In this document: positions 33,438 through 45,215 of the stretch, piece after piece
Layout of the letters: each line of letters starts with the position of its first letter
How positions within the stretch are numbered: position 1 is the stretch's first letter
Source of the DNA: Chlamydiales bacterium
GTDB lineage: Bacteria; Chlamydiota; Chlamydiia; Chlamydiales; JAAZZY01
Assembly (NCBI GenBank): GCA_965206695.1
Contig: CBDBKM010000002.1
Location: forward strand, 128,001-192,000
Length of the DNA stretch: 64,000 bases
Reading direction: 5' to 3'
The notes under the pieces: model-generated
Told to the model about the DNA's origin: nothing
Seen by the model: the letters and a program-made list of their open reading frames with translations, nothing else
The model's database searches: none
Made by a program: the position numbers and the translations under genes

Positions 33438-34491
33438 TAGTGTAAATTATTTTGTATGAATTCATTTTTAACACTATCAGAAGAAAAGCATCTCAGACAG
33501 CAACATAAACGAGAAAAGAATGGTCGTATACGAGATCGTATCAAGGCTGTTCTATTGTCGAATAAAGGTTGGAGTAATACTCGTATTGCTGAAGCTGTGC
33601 TTTTAGACGATGAAACAGTGTCTCGTCACATTAAAGAATATCAAAATAAACAGCAATTGCATGTAGAAAGCGGTGGTTCAGTCAGTAAACTTCTTGCGCC
33701 ACAGTCAGAAGAATTCATTAAACATTTAACAACTCATACCTATGTCAAAGTAGAAGATATCTGTTCTTATGTTCTCGCGAAATATGGCATTGTTTATACG
33801 ATTTCAGGGATGACTTCTTGGCTACACTCACATGGTTTTTCCTATAAAAAGCCTAAAGGTACACCGGCTAAGGCAAATTCTGATCAACAAAAAGCTTGGA
33901 TGCAATTTTACGCCAAGCTTATGGCATCTCTGCCTAAAAATGAGCCTGTTGAATTTGCTGATGGTGTACATCCAACTATGGCAACTAAAATTTCTTATGG
34001 TTGGATTCGACCGGGAACAGATAAATTGATTGCAACAACAGCTTCTCGTACTCGAATGAATCTTATGGGGTCTATCAATTTAAACAGTATGAAGGTAACA
34101 ATAGATGCTTATGAAACATTAAATAGCGGTACCATGGCAAAGCATTTTGCTTTGCTACGGTCAAAATACCCCTCAGCTCCAAATATCCATCTTATTTTAG
34201 ATCAAGGCCCTTATAATACAAGTATTCAGACCAAACAAGAAGCAGAAAAACAAGGTATTATTCTCTATTATTTACCTTCTTACAGTCCTAACCTCAATCC
34301 CATTGAACGATTATGGAAAGTGATGAATGAATATTGTCGCAATAATCGGTTTTTTAATTCTGCTAAAGAATTTCGGAGATCGATTACCGGATTTTTTGAA
34401 AATACTTGGCCTTCTATTGCTCAATCAATGAGGACACGAATCAATGATCATTTTCAAGTCTTAGAATCGGCACTTTGATTCATAAGGGGTA
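33438..34491 (+). mobile_element. IS630-family element, single-ORF transposase
   Basis: ORF 33456..34478 with FADGVHP, ILDQGPYN, LPSYSPNLNPIERLW; TA at both ends. Confidence 0.92.
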
Positions 34492-34893
34492 TATCATCTT
34501 ACTTTTAGTTAGTGCAAGACATTTGGACTATACCGACACCAATTCATTAATTAGGAGCTATCTTAAACATCCCGGAGGCAATGGAAGAGGAGGGATGTCG
34601 GTCATGGCCCGGATACTTCTATGTGGAATACAAGATTCTTCGCCTATTACTATAGAAGGTAGTCATTCGAGTGAAATAGGATTCGATCAGCCAAAATATT
34701 TTGATGGTGTAATGAATTATGCTCAATTCGGTTATCCTAATCCAAATGTTTGGCAAATTAATCACCCTCGTAAAGAAGCTAATCCTATAAAATTTTTATG
34801 GGCCGAGTTAAATGATGATTTTTTTCAAAAAGAAAATGGAGGGCATGAACCCACATTTGCCATTCAGATCTCACTAGATAAAAACAAATTTGA

Positions 34894-36121
34894 CAGCAAT
34901 TTCCGTTAAATAATTTTTCGCAATGATGTATACTTTTTTTCATTATTTTTTTTAAAATGGAGAAAAAAATACGGCAGTGCATTCTATTGAGAAAACCCGG
35001 CGTTCGGCTAAAGAGATGTTGTTAAAGGTTCGTTCCGTATTTAATCAGATTCCCAATAAAGACCGAGATGCAAGAGGTTTAAAAGCAAAAATTACATTAT
35101 CTGATTGTTTGATGTCCGGTTTAGCCGTTTTTGGATTAAAGTTTCCTTCACTTCTACAATTCGATGAAGAACGTCAAGATGAGATCATTCAACATAATTT
35201 AAGCACTCTTTACAATATTACAAATATTCCTTCCGATACTTATATGAGAGAACGACTTGACCAAGTTGATTCTCGATGGATTAGACCTGCTTTTACTGCC
35301 GTATTCTCTCTTCTTCAAAAAGGAAAAGTTTTTGAAGATTACAAATTTTTGAATAAGTATCTTTTAATTGCGTGTGACGGAACGGGTATGTTTTCTTCAC
35401 CATCTGTTCATTGTGATAATTGTTGTGAAAAACATCATAGAGACGGTCGTATGACTTATTATCATCAGATGTTAGGTGCAGTAGTTATTCATCCCGACCG
35501 GAAAGAAGTTTTTCCTTTATGCCCCGAACCGATCTCTAAATTAGACGGTAGTACTAAAAACGATTTTCAAAAAGAACATTCCCGTTTGGAAGTCATTTTT
35601 ACGGAAGATGCATTGTCTGCAAAAGGCCCTTATCTGCAAAAAATTTTGGCAATAGGAGCTTACTTTATCGTAGGAGCTAAACCGCCGGGTAATCCCGGTT
35701 TATTCGCTTGGTAAAAGGAGCCCTCTTAAGAAAAAAACGATAACAACAGACAAGGAAGTCGTCGAACTTAGTTTTTATAACGGTGTTCCTCTCAATGATA
35801 AACATCATGATTTAGAAGTAAATTTTATTGATTGTATTATGGTCTCGTCTAAGATCTTTATTTTTAATTTTTTATATTGATTCATGGGTAGATTTGTTTA
35901 CATGTATAGCACATAAAAAAGGAGCGAAGTTAAAAGATCTATTCGATACTTCATAATGAGCCGAGTTCAAAAAAATGTCTTGATTCTAAAGGGTGTACTT
36001 TTTTTTTTATCGAGGGTGAGCCGAGATGATTTTATCGGTAGGATGTTTTTTATTCCAAAAATTATCGATCTTTATTTTTAGAAGTCATTTTATAAAAATA
36101 TCTTTTTAACGGGAGGATCTG
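34894..36121 (+). mobile_element. ISNCY-like DDE element, copy 2 (internally deleted)
   Basis: 9-bp target duplication CAAATTTGA at 34885..34893 and 36122..36130; imperfect TIRs; ORF 34977..35714. Confidence 0.9.
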
Positions 36122-36457
36122 CAAATTTGATGAAATTATCACTTTTATTGACCCAAAGAATTACGATTATCATATCTATGCTTTGACTCATCATCAATGT
36201 ACTTCCTTTGTTGTCCGGGGAGCACCGCTTGTGGGACTTCTTTTAGAAGATTTGATAACAATACAGATTTCAAGTGAAATGGTTTTTAAAGAAAAGACAC
36301 TTTTACTTTGGACGGACTCACGGTATAGCATTATGCATTTGCCTAGCCCTGATATATTAGAAAAAAGAGTTCAAACAAATAAAATCAATTGTATCAAAAG
36401 GCTTTAACCATATTCGAAATCTTCCAAATCACTTGGAACGTAAAAAGCTCTTTGATG

Positions 36458-37354
36458 TTATGTCAAGCACGGGCTATCCAGTGCAACACCCATAGCATGC
36501 ATACCGTTATCCACATAAAGTATTGAACCCGTTATGGCTGAGGCTAAAGGAGAAAGTAAGAAAAGAGATGCTTTACCTACTTCTTCTGCATATAATGCTT
36601 TTGTTAATGGAGCATTAGCTTCAGAATAACTAATCATTTTATCAATAAAACCAATCGCTCTAGCAGCTCTACTTCTAAGAGCTCCCGCAGAGATAGTATT
36701 GATGCGTACACCCCACTTTCTTCCTGCTTCATACGCAAGCGTTTTTGTATCACTTTCTAGAGCTGCTTTAGCACTACTCATACCGCCACCATATCCCGGG
36801 ACAGCTTTTTGTGAAGCCATATAAGTTAGGGAAAGGACAGATCCTTCCTTATTCATAATTGGCCCAAAATTCTGAAGCATACTAACAAAAGAATATGAAG
36901 AAGAGCTAAGAGCGGATAAGTAACCTTTTCTAGAAGTTTTTAAAAGAGGATTTTGTACTTCAGGAGCGTTAGCTAAAGAATGAACTAAAATATCAATAGT
37001 ACCATAGTCTTTCTCTATGAGTTTACTGGCTTCTTCTATAGTATATCCCTCTACCGCCTTATAGCGTTTATTTTCTTGAATATCATTTGGCACATCATTA
37101 ATTTTGTCGAAAGCTGCATCAAAAGGATATATTTTAGAAATTTCCAGTAGTGATCCATCCGGTAATTTACGCGATTCATCAAATTTTCCATTTTTAAAAC
37201 TTGTAGAGAAAATTTTATATACAGGAGGCCAGGTTCCGACTAATATCTCTGCTCCTGCTTCAGCTAGCGCTTTAGCGATTGCCCAACCAAAACCTTGGTC
37301 ATCTCCAATTCCAGCAATAAATGCTCTTTTTCCTGTTAAATCTATTTTTACCAT
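36458..37354 (-). CDS. fabI: enoyl-ACP reductase (chlamydial/plant type)
   Basis: [30 protein letters not shown]. Confidence 0.96.
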   Translation of the reverse strand: MVKIDLTGKRAFIAGIGDDQGFGWAIAKALAEAGAEILVGTWPPVYKIFSTSFKNGKFDESRKLPDGSLLEISKIYPFDAAFDKINDVPNDIQENKRYKAVEGYTIEEASKLIEKDYGTIDILVHSLANAPEVQNPLLKTSRKGYLSALSSSSYSFVSMLQNFGPIMNKEGSVLSLTYMASQKAVPGYGGGMSSAKAALESDTKTLAYEAGRKWGVRINTISAGALRSRAARAIGFIDKMISYSEANAPLTKALYAEEVGKASLFLLSPLASAITGSILYVDNGMHAMGVALDSPCLT

Positions 37355-37496
37355 TTTCTAGTCCTCAATCAGCTTTAAAGTTAATCATCATATCAAAATT
37401 ATAAAGATAATATCAATAGGTTAAAAGACACAATTTCAATTGCTTGTTATTAAGATAAACTAAATATAAGGCATGTAGATAGCCGTTTTTCACGAT

Positions 37497-37701
37497 TTAT
37501 AACCCGAAGAGCTCACAATTTTGCCGTGTCCTGCGAACCCGGTGCGCTAATGTACGTAATATAATCCCGAAAGCTTTTGCAACCTGCTTTCGGTCTCCGA
37601 CCTTATCCGGATATTTGAAAGCTTTTTTTCTTAAATCAAGTGAGTAAGTCATTCGTGCATGATACATTATCATCATAAAAAACAAAATTTAATTCACTAT
37701 A
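37497..37701 (-). mobile_element. IS630 left-end remnant
   Basis: TATAGTGAATTAAAATTT end; MTYSLDLRKKA. Confidence 0.75.
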
Positions 37702-37838
37702 ATATAGGATAAAAAATTTACTAAATTAAAAACGATTGCGCATAAACTATTAGATTTAATAAAAGTATAGATTTAAATAACAATAGCCGGATAGGATATT
37801 TTGAATAATAGGGACCCGTAGAGAACCGGCTTTACTTA

Positions 37839-38912
37839 TTAAGAAGTTTTCTCCGGCACTAATAATGACTCAAGCTGAAGAATTTTTTCTTCTAGTTTTT
37901 TAATCCTATTAACATAGTTAGATAGGTTTCGCATATGAACCTGATTTATTTTGTAATGAGCTTCCGGAAAAGCAGGAACTCCTCCATACCTTCCCGGTTT
38001 TTTTAAATTTTTTGTTACCGCTCCACGGCCTGCTATAGTAATGCCATCCGAGATAGAGACATGACCTACAACACCGGATTGTCCTGCTAAAACGACATTT
38101 CGTCCTGTTTTAGAAGAACCTGCTATTCCGCATTGTGCCACAATCAAATTATCCTCTCCAAGGGTAACTCCATGCCCAATTTGAACTAAATTATCGATTT
38201 TAGTTCCTTTTTTGATTGTGGTCATTTTAAATCGAGCCCTATCAATAGTTGAATTGGCTCCAATTTCCACATCATCTTCAATTATAACACCACCGAGTTG
38301 TTCCAATTTTCTATGATGAAATCGGCTATCGGTAAAATAGCCAAAACCACAAGAGCCAATGACAACACCGGGTTGAAGAATGACACGATTGGCCAAAATA
38401 CAAGATTCTCGGATGGTCGCATTAGAATAAATAATACATTCCTTTCCAATGTGAACACCGGAACCTATGTAGACATGAGAGCCGATTACTGTTTTTTGAT
38501 CTATGTAGACATTTTGATCAATCACAGTATTTGGGCCAATCCGGACACCTTCTTCAATGTGTGCATTTTCATGAATAACAGCACTAGGGTGTATATTTTT
38601 GAATCCGGTCCGATGATTTGAAAGATTGAAAAACAATTCAACAACTTGCTGAAAGGAGCGAGATGGATGCTCACTGACTAAAAAGTTGCGGCCGGGCAGT
38701 AATTCAGATTTTTGATCTACTATTATGACGCCGGCTGAGGATTTCATCATCATTTTCTCATAGCATGGATTGGCTAAAAAAGAGAGGTCAGTAGGTGTTG
38801 CATCTTCTAAATTATCTACCCCATAAATATAATAATCAGCATCACCAATAACTGTTGTATTGGTGATCTGTGCCAGCTCTTTAAGTGTAAATTGTTTTGG
38901 AGTAGATGCCAT
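37839..38912 (-). CDS. lpxD: UDP-3-O-acylglucosamine N-acyltransferase
   Basis: Hexapeptide repeats, GSCGFGY, EIGANSTIDR, KIDNLVQIGH. Confidence 0.96.
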   Translation of the reverse strand: MASTPKQFTLKELAQITNTTVIGDADYYIYGVDNLEDATPTDLSFLANPCYEKMMMKSSAGVIIVDQKSELLPGRNFLVSEHPSRSFQQVVELFFNLSNHRTGFKNIHPSAVIHENAHIEEGVRIGPNTVIDQNVYIDQKTVIGSHVYIGSGVHIGKECIIYSNATIRESCILANRVILQPGVVIGSCGFGYFTDSRFHHRKLEQLGGVIIEDDVEIGANSTIDRARFKMTTIKKGTKIDNLVQIGHGVTLGEDNLIVAQCGIAGSSKTGRNVVLAGQSGVVGHVSISDGITIAGRGAVTKNLKKPGRYGGVPAFPEAHYKINQVHMRNLSNYVNRIKKLEEKILQLESLLVPEKTS

Positions 38913-38913
38913 G

Positions 38914-39501
38914 TTACGATTCTCCCTGCATCCCTATTGCTTGAGATTCAAAATCAAAATTTAGATCCATTTCTTCTATCACATATTCTGTGATGTCTGA
39001 AGTATTTTTGAAAAAGAAACAAACTTCTTCATTAACAACAAAGGAAATATTCTTTTTCTTGGCGACACCTTCAGCAGCTCTTGAAACAGCCCCTTGCATC
39101 GTTTGCAAGACTTTAAAGTGAGCTTGTTGATAAGCTTGATAAAATTGATTTTGAGATCGCGCTAGTTGTTCAGATAACATACGATATCTGTGCTTTAATT
39201 CTTCTTCTGAATCTTGTGACATACTATCCATGTATTCTGAATCTTTTAATTGCGAACCGATTTGATTAAGTTCATTCTCGTTTTTTTCAAGAGTAGAAAC
39301 CATTTCATGACGCATCGATTCTAGTTTTTGTTGTTGATCTCGGCCTAATTCAGAACCTTCGATACAAAGCTTGAAGTTGACAATAGCAATTTCTTCATTA
39401 GTAGATTTGTGATCTTTTTCTCTTGCTTGAAGCTGAAAAGAAGTTGCCACTAACAGTCCTAATACCGAAAGTAGTAACCATGTTTTTCGTGTTTTCATCA
39501 C
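38914..39501 (-). CDS. skp: OmpH/Skp periplasmic chaperone
   Basis: Signal peptide, IAIVNFK, coiled coil, DITEYVI; between bamA and lpxD. Confidence 0.88.
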   Translation of the reverse strand: MMKTRKTWLLLSVLGLLVATSFQLQAREKDHKSTNEEIAIVNFKLCIEGSELGRDQQQKLESMRHEMVSTLEKNENELNQIGSQLKDSEYMDSMSQDSEEELKHRYRMLSEQLARSQNQFYQAYQQAHFKVLQTMQGAVSRAAEGVAKKKNISFVVNEEVCFFFKNTSDITEYVIEEMDLNFDFESQAIGMQGES

Positions 39502-39827
39502 TCTGCTCCTTAGTTTGTTATATATAGGTTAAAATTTTTTGCATTCTTTGCTTGATCTTTTCATTTCAGCAGTTCTATTTAATATTAAGTTCTTGGTCAT
39601 AGGTTTATAGTTGAACAAATCTATTTCAATAGAAACTAACATTTTATATAGAGATACTTTTTATAAAAACAACAATTCCAATATTTTTCAGATCAAATCG
39701 AAATTATTTAGGGTATAGGAATATTTAATTTTAGAATATAAAAAATCGTCCAATTCAAAGGGGTAAATAATAAAAAATTTATTTTAAATTATTTATTGTC
39801 TAAACAAGGTCTTAATTTCAGAGGGTT

Positions 39828-42170
39828 TTAAAACTTTCCGCCCATTGAGAAGAAATTACGATGTATGTCATCATGAAATTCCGGATTAATCGGAAAACCC
39901 CAACCAAAGGTGATCGGCATGCCGCGAATGACTTCTACGCGAAAACCAAAACCGGCGGAGGCTCTATAAGTATTAACGTGGAATTGTTTTAACGAGTTAG
40001 AACCGGCATCAAAGAAAATAAAAGCATCTAAGCCGGGATTTGGCAATATATTATACATGATTTCTTGAGAAAGGACCATTGTTGAGATACCTCCTCTAGG
40101 ATTATCTTTATCATAGCGAGGACCAATACTAAAAGGCTCATATCCTCTAACGGTTGTTTCACCCCCAATGAATTCTCGTTCACCAACAGGTATGCCCTCA
40201 GCTCTAGTATTCCCTAAAGGTAAGATAAAATCAGCATCGGCGCGTGTTTTGGCAACGAATCGACTCAAAAGAGGTTGATAGTAGGCGTTATGATAAGAGA
40301 ATTTAAAGTAAGTATAATGTCCACCAAGACCGGCGAAATCGACTTGTAGGCTTGAGATAAACCCATCCGATGCTTTGTAGGGATTGTTAGTAGAATCATA
40401 TAGTAAGGCAACCCCGGTTGAGGATACAATGCCGTCGTTATTGGCTTCTTCTTGCATTCTTAATGGAGCTCCACCATTAACCTTCATCCATAAATTACGT
40501 AATCGATAGTGCCACTCAAAGCTTAGAAAACGGTTGATCGTATAAAAAGCATTAGCTGAAGTAGAGAACGTCTTGATGTCATAATCTCTTGCTTGCAATC
40601 GGCTGATATTATCATTGACGTTGAAGCCAATAGTCCAATTAGAGTCTAAAAAATAGGGTTTGGTCCAAGAAAATGCATAATCGGTTAATTCTTTACCAAC
40701 GCTCGCTTTCATTCTCAAGTATTCTCCTCCTCCACGAAGGCTTCGAATGCCATCTTGAAATACACGGGTAAAACCAAATGAATTAAAATTGCGTTCGGTA
40801 ATTTCTAAACCACCAAATAATTTAGTTTGGGTGCTATATCCAAAAGAGACTCCAAAATTCCCGGTATTGCTTTCTTCTACTTCAATGTTAACATCTTTTA
40901 AAGGAGCATCAAATGCATTTGTAGAAGTTGTCGAAGAGGCGTAGACGTTTGTGCATTTAAAATATCCGATATTTTCTAATCTTTTTTGTGTCGCTTCTAA
41001 TTTACGAGTATCAAAAGTTTCCCCGGGAACTAATAATGATTCATGCAAAATAACTTTGTTTCGGGTGTTATCATTACCTAGAATCTTAATCAATCCAACT
41101 CGATATGGATTTCCTTCATGAATAGTAAAATGAACATTATAAACGGGATCAGTAGGTTCAAGATGAGGCTGATAGGAAACAGAAGCATCTACGTAACCTC
41201 GTTTTCCAAAATAATCTGAAAGATCTTTTACAGATTCTTGTAATTCTTCCGGGGAGTAAGGTTGACCTTTTCGAGCTTGTATAAGATGTTGGACGGTTTC
41301 ATCATTTGCAAAATCATTTCCACTAAAAGAGATATCACCAAAAGTATATTTTTCACCTTGATCAGCTGCAATAATGATATTAATACGGTCTTTTTTTTCA
41401 GATCCATCAACCACTATTTCAATTTTAGCGTCAGCATAACCTTCATTTTGTAGAGAGTGTAACACCGTTAATTTATCAAATTCAAGAGCTTCTTCTCGAT
41501 AAATCCCTGTGCCCGTATACCAGCTTGTTAAAGGGAAAAAGGATTTGGTATGTAATCGTGATTTAAGAGCTTTTTTCTCCTGTTTAGAAAAGCCCTTAAA
41601 GACAATCTTACCGATTTTACCTGATCGACCTTCATTAATAATAAGTTCTATGGTTACTTCATTGAAAGTTTTATCCGGAATAATTTGATATTCGATTTCA
41701 GCTTCAAAAAATCCTCGTTTCACATAGTATTCTTTTAGTCGATGAAATGCTTGATTAAATTCCTGATGATTAAAAGTTGAGTGAGGAATGATATTAAATT
41801 CTTTTTCTAGTTTTCTCTGCTTAGTTTGGAAATTTCCCTTAAACACAATTTGTTTGATAATTGGACGAGGCTGTACTTGTATCGTGATAAATATCTCGTT
41901 ATTTTGAACCTGTATAGTAGGAGTAATATGATCAAATTCCATCGCTAGGGTTTTTAAATCATCATCAAATGCATTTAAAGAAAAGAGATCACCCGTCTTA
42001 GTTTTTAATCTGGATTGAATGTTCTTAACGTCTAATCGAGAGCCGGGAGGGAGGTTTTCGGGAACAACCTCAACCTTGGCAATACGCTTGTCTTCGTAAT
42101 TCTGCGTTTGTGCGATCACTAAATGCGAGCTAAAAAAACAGAGAAGAATAACTAAATAGATAAATTTCAT
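39828..42170 (-). CDS. bamA: outer-membrane assembly factor BamA (Omp85)
   Basis: POTRA repeats, GGETTVRGY, C-terminal FFSMGGKF. Confidence 0.96.
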   Translation of the reverse strand: MKFIYLVILLCFFSSHLVIAQTQNYEDKRIAKVEVVPENLPPGSRLDVKNIQSRLKTKTGDLFSLNAFDDDLKTLAMEFDHITPTIQVQNNEIFITIQVQPRPIIKQIVFKGNFQTKQRKLEKEFNIIPHSTFNHQEFNQAFHRLKEYYVKRGFFEAEIEYQIIPDKTFNEVTIELIINEGRSGKIGKIVFKGFSKQEKKALKSRLHTKSFFPLTSWYTGTGIYREEALEFDKLTVLHSLQNEGYADAKIEIVVDGSEKKDRINIIIAADQGEKYTFGDISFSGNDFANDETVQHLIQARKGQPYSPEELQESVKDLSDYFGKRGYVDASVSYQPHLEPTDPVYNVHFTIHEGNPYRVGLIKILGNDNTRNKVILHESLLVPGETFDTRKLEATQKRLENIGYFKCTNVYASSTTSTNAFDAPLKDVNIEVEESNTGNFGVSFGYSTQTKLFGGLEITERNFNSFGFTRVFQDGIRSLRGGGEYLRMKASVGKELTDYAFSWTKPYFLDSNWTIGFNVNDNISRLQARDYDIKTFSTSANAFYTINRFLSFEWHYRLRNLWMKVNGGAPLRMQEEANNDGIVSSTGVALLYDSTNNPYKASDGFISSLQVDFAGLGGHYTYFKFSYHNAYYQPLLSRFVAKTRADADFILPLGNTRAEGIPVGEREFIGGETTVRGYEPFSIGPRYDKDNPRGGISTMVLSQEIMYNILPNPGLDAFIFFDAGSNSLKQFHVNTYRASAGFGFRVEVIRGMPITFGWGFPINPEFHDDIHRNFFSMGGKF

Positions 42171-42238
42171 TGCTACAAGTCTATTTACAGATATAGAAAG
42201 GGCTGTATGCTAAGGGATAAATCTAATTTTTACAAGTT

Positions 42239-42835
42239 TTAAAAAGGGAGCCTTCCAATTAATGCTCTTGATAAGGTGCTGGTGTCCGTATATTCTAAGG
42301 CGCTGCCAACAGGTAGTCCAAAAGCTAAGCGTGAAATTTTAAGATCAAAAGATTTTAATTCTTGTTTTAGAAACAGAGTTGTTGCATCTCCTTCTACTGT
42401 AGAATCTAAAGCAAAAATGATTTCTTGTACGTTTTGAGAGCTGATTTTATCTTTAATAGCATCTATATTAAGAGTGTGCACATCTTTTCCGTCTAAAGGA
42501 GAAAAAAGAGTTCCGAGTACATAATACACACCTTGGAATGAGGCGGTATCTTCAATAGCAAAAACATCTTTTGTGGAGGCTGCAATACAGAGCACGTGTT
42601 GATTTCGATTTGGATTATTACAAAAAGAACAGGTATCCTTATTAATTAAACAACCACAATCATGACAAGTCAGGATCTTTTCTTTTATAGTTGATAGAAG
42701 ATTAGCAAAAGATTGTAGTGTAGTCGTGTCCCATTCTAAGAGGTAAAAAGCAAAACGTTCTGCGCTTTTTTGACCAACGCCCGGAAATTTTTTTAAGTAT
42801 TCGATTAATTTGACTAGCTGCAGTGGATAATGCAT
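42239..42835 (-). CDS. recR: recombination protein RecR
   Basis: PGVGQKSAERFA, C4 zinc finger, TVEGDAT, SRLAFGLPVG. Confidence 0.96.
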   Translation of the reverse strand: MHYPLQLVKLIEYLKKFPGVGQKSAERFAFYLLEWDTTTLQSFANLLSTIKEKILTCHDCGCLINKDTCSFCNNPNRNQHVLCIAASTKDVFAIEDTASFQGVYYVLGTLFSPLDGKDVHTLNIDAIKDKISSQNVQEIIFALDSTVEGDATTLFLKQELKSFDLKISRLAFGLPVGSALEYTDTSTLSRALIGRLPF

Positions 42836-43123
42836 TATTTAGAATATATAGGCTGGTTTAAAACGGTTTGTATATTAGCAAAAAAATAAATTTTAATGAA
42901 TGAATTAAGCACTATTTAAACCATTATAAAAAATATTTTATAGCCAAATAAACTAAATGAGCTTTAAAATTAGGGGTTTGTGATTCTATTTTGAATAATG
43001 GGATTAAAGGGGGTTATTTAAATAGTCTGTTGATACCCTTTAAAAAACTACACAAGCAAATATAATTTGTGTATTCTAAACAGCTGTAAAATTGAAATAA
43101 TTTTTTTTGGGAAAAGATCGTCT

Positions 43124-44434
43124 ATGCCAAGTATCATAGTTGTTGGAACCCAATGGGGTGATGAAGGAAAAGGAAAGTTTGTTGATATCCTCTCAGATAG
43201 AATTAAAGCTGTTGTACGAGCCCAGGGAGGGCATAATGCGGGTCACACGGTTATCATAGGTGATCAAGAGTTTAAATTGCACTTGATACCTTCCGGTATA
43301 TTACATGAAGACACCGAGTGTTTTATCGGAGCGGGAACTGTAATTGATCCGGAAGTTCTAATAAAAGAAATTGAATATCTAAAAGCCTTGGGTGTATCGG
43401 TTAATGGCAGGCTATGGATCTCTACGGGTGCCCATGTTATTTTTCCTTATCATAAAATTTTAGATACTTTGGAAGAGGAAAGAAAAGGGAAGGCTTTGAT
43501 TGGAACTACTCATTCCGGTATTGGTCCTTGTTATGCTGATAAAGTTAATCGCATTGGTCTGCGTATCATTGATTTATTAGATTTAAAAGAATTCAAGATT
43601 AAGCTTTCGCATATTTTAGACGAGAAAAATGAATTGATTCATAAAATTTATGATCAAAAAGGACTTGATCTTGAGACGATCTACCGGAGATTTTGCCGAT
43701 TTTCAGATTTCTTAAAACCTTTTATATGCAAGGTAGACAACAAAATTCGCCAATATCTTAGTGCTAATGAAAATATTTTATTAGAAGGTGCTCAAGGTAC
43801 TTTTCTTGATATTAGTTGGGGAACCTATCCTTTCGTTACTTCTTCAAATACCATTTCTTCCGGAATTTGTAGCGGAGCCGGATTAAGCCATCGTGATCTG
43901 CACTATGTTCTTGGTATTTCTAAAGCCTATACAACTAGAGTCGGCAGCGGTCCTTTCCCCTCGGCCTTTGATAAGGTAGACAGGTTTCCCGAGCAACAAG
44001 AAGCTCGGGAATTAGGTACTACAACCGGCCGAGTACGGCGGCTTGGTTGGTTTGATGCGGTTTTAGTACGAGAAGCCGTACTACTTAATGGTATTGATTC
44101 TTTAGCTTTGACGAAACTGGATATTTTGGATAAACTTAAAAGTATTAAAATTTGTATTCGGTATCAAATAGATGGGAAACCATATGAAGGTGTTCCTTTG
44201 GCTGCCTCAGAATGGAATAAACTAGTACCTATTTATGAGGAATGTCCCGGATGGGAAACCTCTACTGTTAATATAACTTCTTATAAAGAATTACCGATGA
44301 ACGCACAGAAGTATCTTAACAGGATAGAAGAATTATGCGGCGTTCCGATTAGCATGGTATCGGTCGGTCCTAAAAGAGAACAGACGGTTATTAGACAAAA
44401 TATCCTATCCATGCAAAAGGAGAAAGTAAGTTAA
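43124..44434 (+). CDS. purA: adenylosuccinate synthetase
   Basis: QWGDEGKGK, GGHNAGHT, EGAQG, KAYTTRVGSGPF; start at ATG 43124. Confidence 0.97.
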   Translation: MPSIIVVGTQWGDEGKGKFVDILSDRIKAVVRAQGGHNAGHTVIIGDQEFKLHLIPSGILHEDTECFIGAGTVIDPEVLIKEIEYLKALGVSVNGRLWISTGAHVIFPYHKILDTLEEERKGKALIGTTHSGIGPCYADKVNRIGLRIIDLLDLKEFKIKLSHILDEKNELIHKIYDQKGLDLETIYRRFCRFSDFLKPFICKVDNKIRQYLSANENILLEGAQGTFLDISWGTYPFVTSSNTISSGICSGAGLSHRDLHYVLGISKAYTTRVGSGPFPSAFDKVDRFPEQQEARELGTTTGRVRRLGWFDAVLVREAVLLNGIDSLALTKLDILDKLKSIKICIRYQIDGKPYEGVPLAASEWNKLVPIYEECPGWETSTVNITSYKELPMNAQKYLNRIEELCGVPISMVSVGPKREQTVIRQNILSMQKEKVS

Positions 44435-45207
44435 TGCCTACTGTTGCCGAGACATCTCAAACAGATAAGGAATCTATTTATACTCAAGAAGACCTTGCTT
44501 TGTTAGATGTTCAAAAAATTCCTAATCATATAGCCATAGTTATGGATGGGAATCGCAGATGGGCTAAAAAAAAAGGAGTCCCTCCGGCAATGGGACATGC
44601 CTGTGGAGCAGAAAAACTCGTTGGTATTGTTAAAGGGGCGATAGAATTAGGAACCAAAGTTTTAACCGTATATGGCTTTTCTACTGAAAATTGGTCTCGT
44701 TCCGATGAAGAAGTAGATACTTTGATTTCATTAATAAAAGAATACTTAATTTCACAAAGATCAATCATGGAAAAAGAAGGAATTAGGCTCCATACGATAG
44801 GAGATACCTCACGCTTTTCCAAAGATTTACTGGATATTTTGCAGATGACTAAAGTGGTTACAGCTGCCGGTCGACGTTTTGATCTTGTGCTTGCTTTGAA
44901 TTATGGTAGTCGTAATGAAATTTGTAGGGCGGTCCGGGACATTATCCATGATTTTATGATTGGGAAAATTGTAAAAAAAGAAATTAATGAAGAACTCCTT
45001 TCTCAATATTTGGATACTGCCCAATGGGGAGATCCTGAACTGTTTATTCGTACAAGTGGGGAAATGCGGGTTAGCAATTTTTTATTATGGCAGATAGCAT
45101 ATACTGAAATTAGTATTTTAGATGTGACATGGCCTGATTTCACACCATCTTATTTATTAAAAGCTGTTTTAGATTTTCAGAGAAGAGATCGACGTTGGGG
45201 ATCATAG
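44434..45207 (+). CDS. uppS: undecaprenyl diphosphate synthase
   Basis: HIAIVMDGNRRWA, FSTENW, IRTSGEMRVSNFLLWQ. Confidence 0.97.
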   Translation: MPTVAETSQTDKESIYTQEDLALLDVQKIPNHIAIVMDGNRRWAKKKGVPPAMGHACGAEKLVGIVKGAIELGTKVLTVYGFSTENWSRSDEEVDTLISLIKEYLISQRSIMEKEGIRLHTIGDTSRFSKDLLDILQMTKVVTAAGRRFDLVLALNYGSRNEICRAVRDIIHDFMIGKIVKKEINEELLSQYLDTAQWGDPELFIRTSGEMRVSNFLLWQIAYTEISILDVTWPDFTPSYLLKAVLDFQRRDRRWGS

Positions 45208-45215
45208 GAGGATAA

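Larger units (their letters stand above)
33258..36407 (+). pseudogene. chlamydial hypothetical lipoprotein interrupted by IS630 and ISNCY-like elements
   Basis: Lipobox FSSC; frame NKF/DEIITF is continuous across the 9-bp duplication of the ISNCY copy. Confidence 0.65.
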
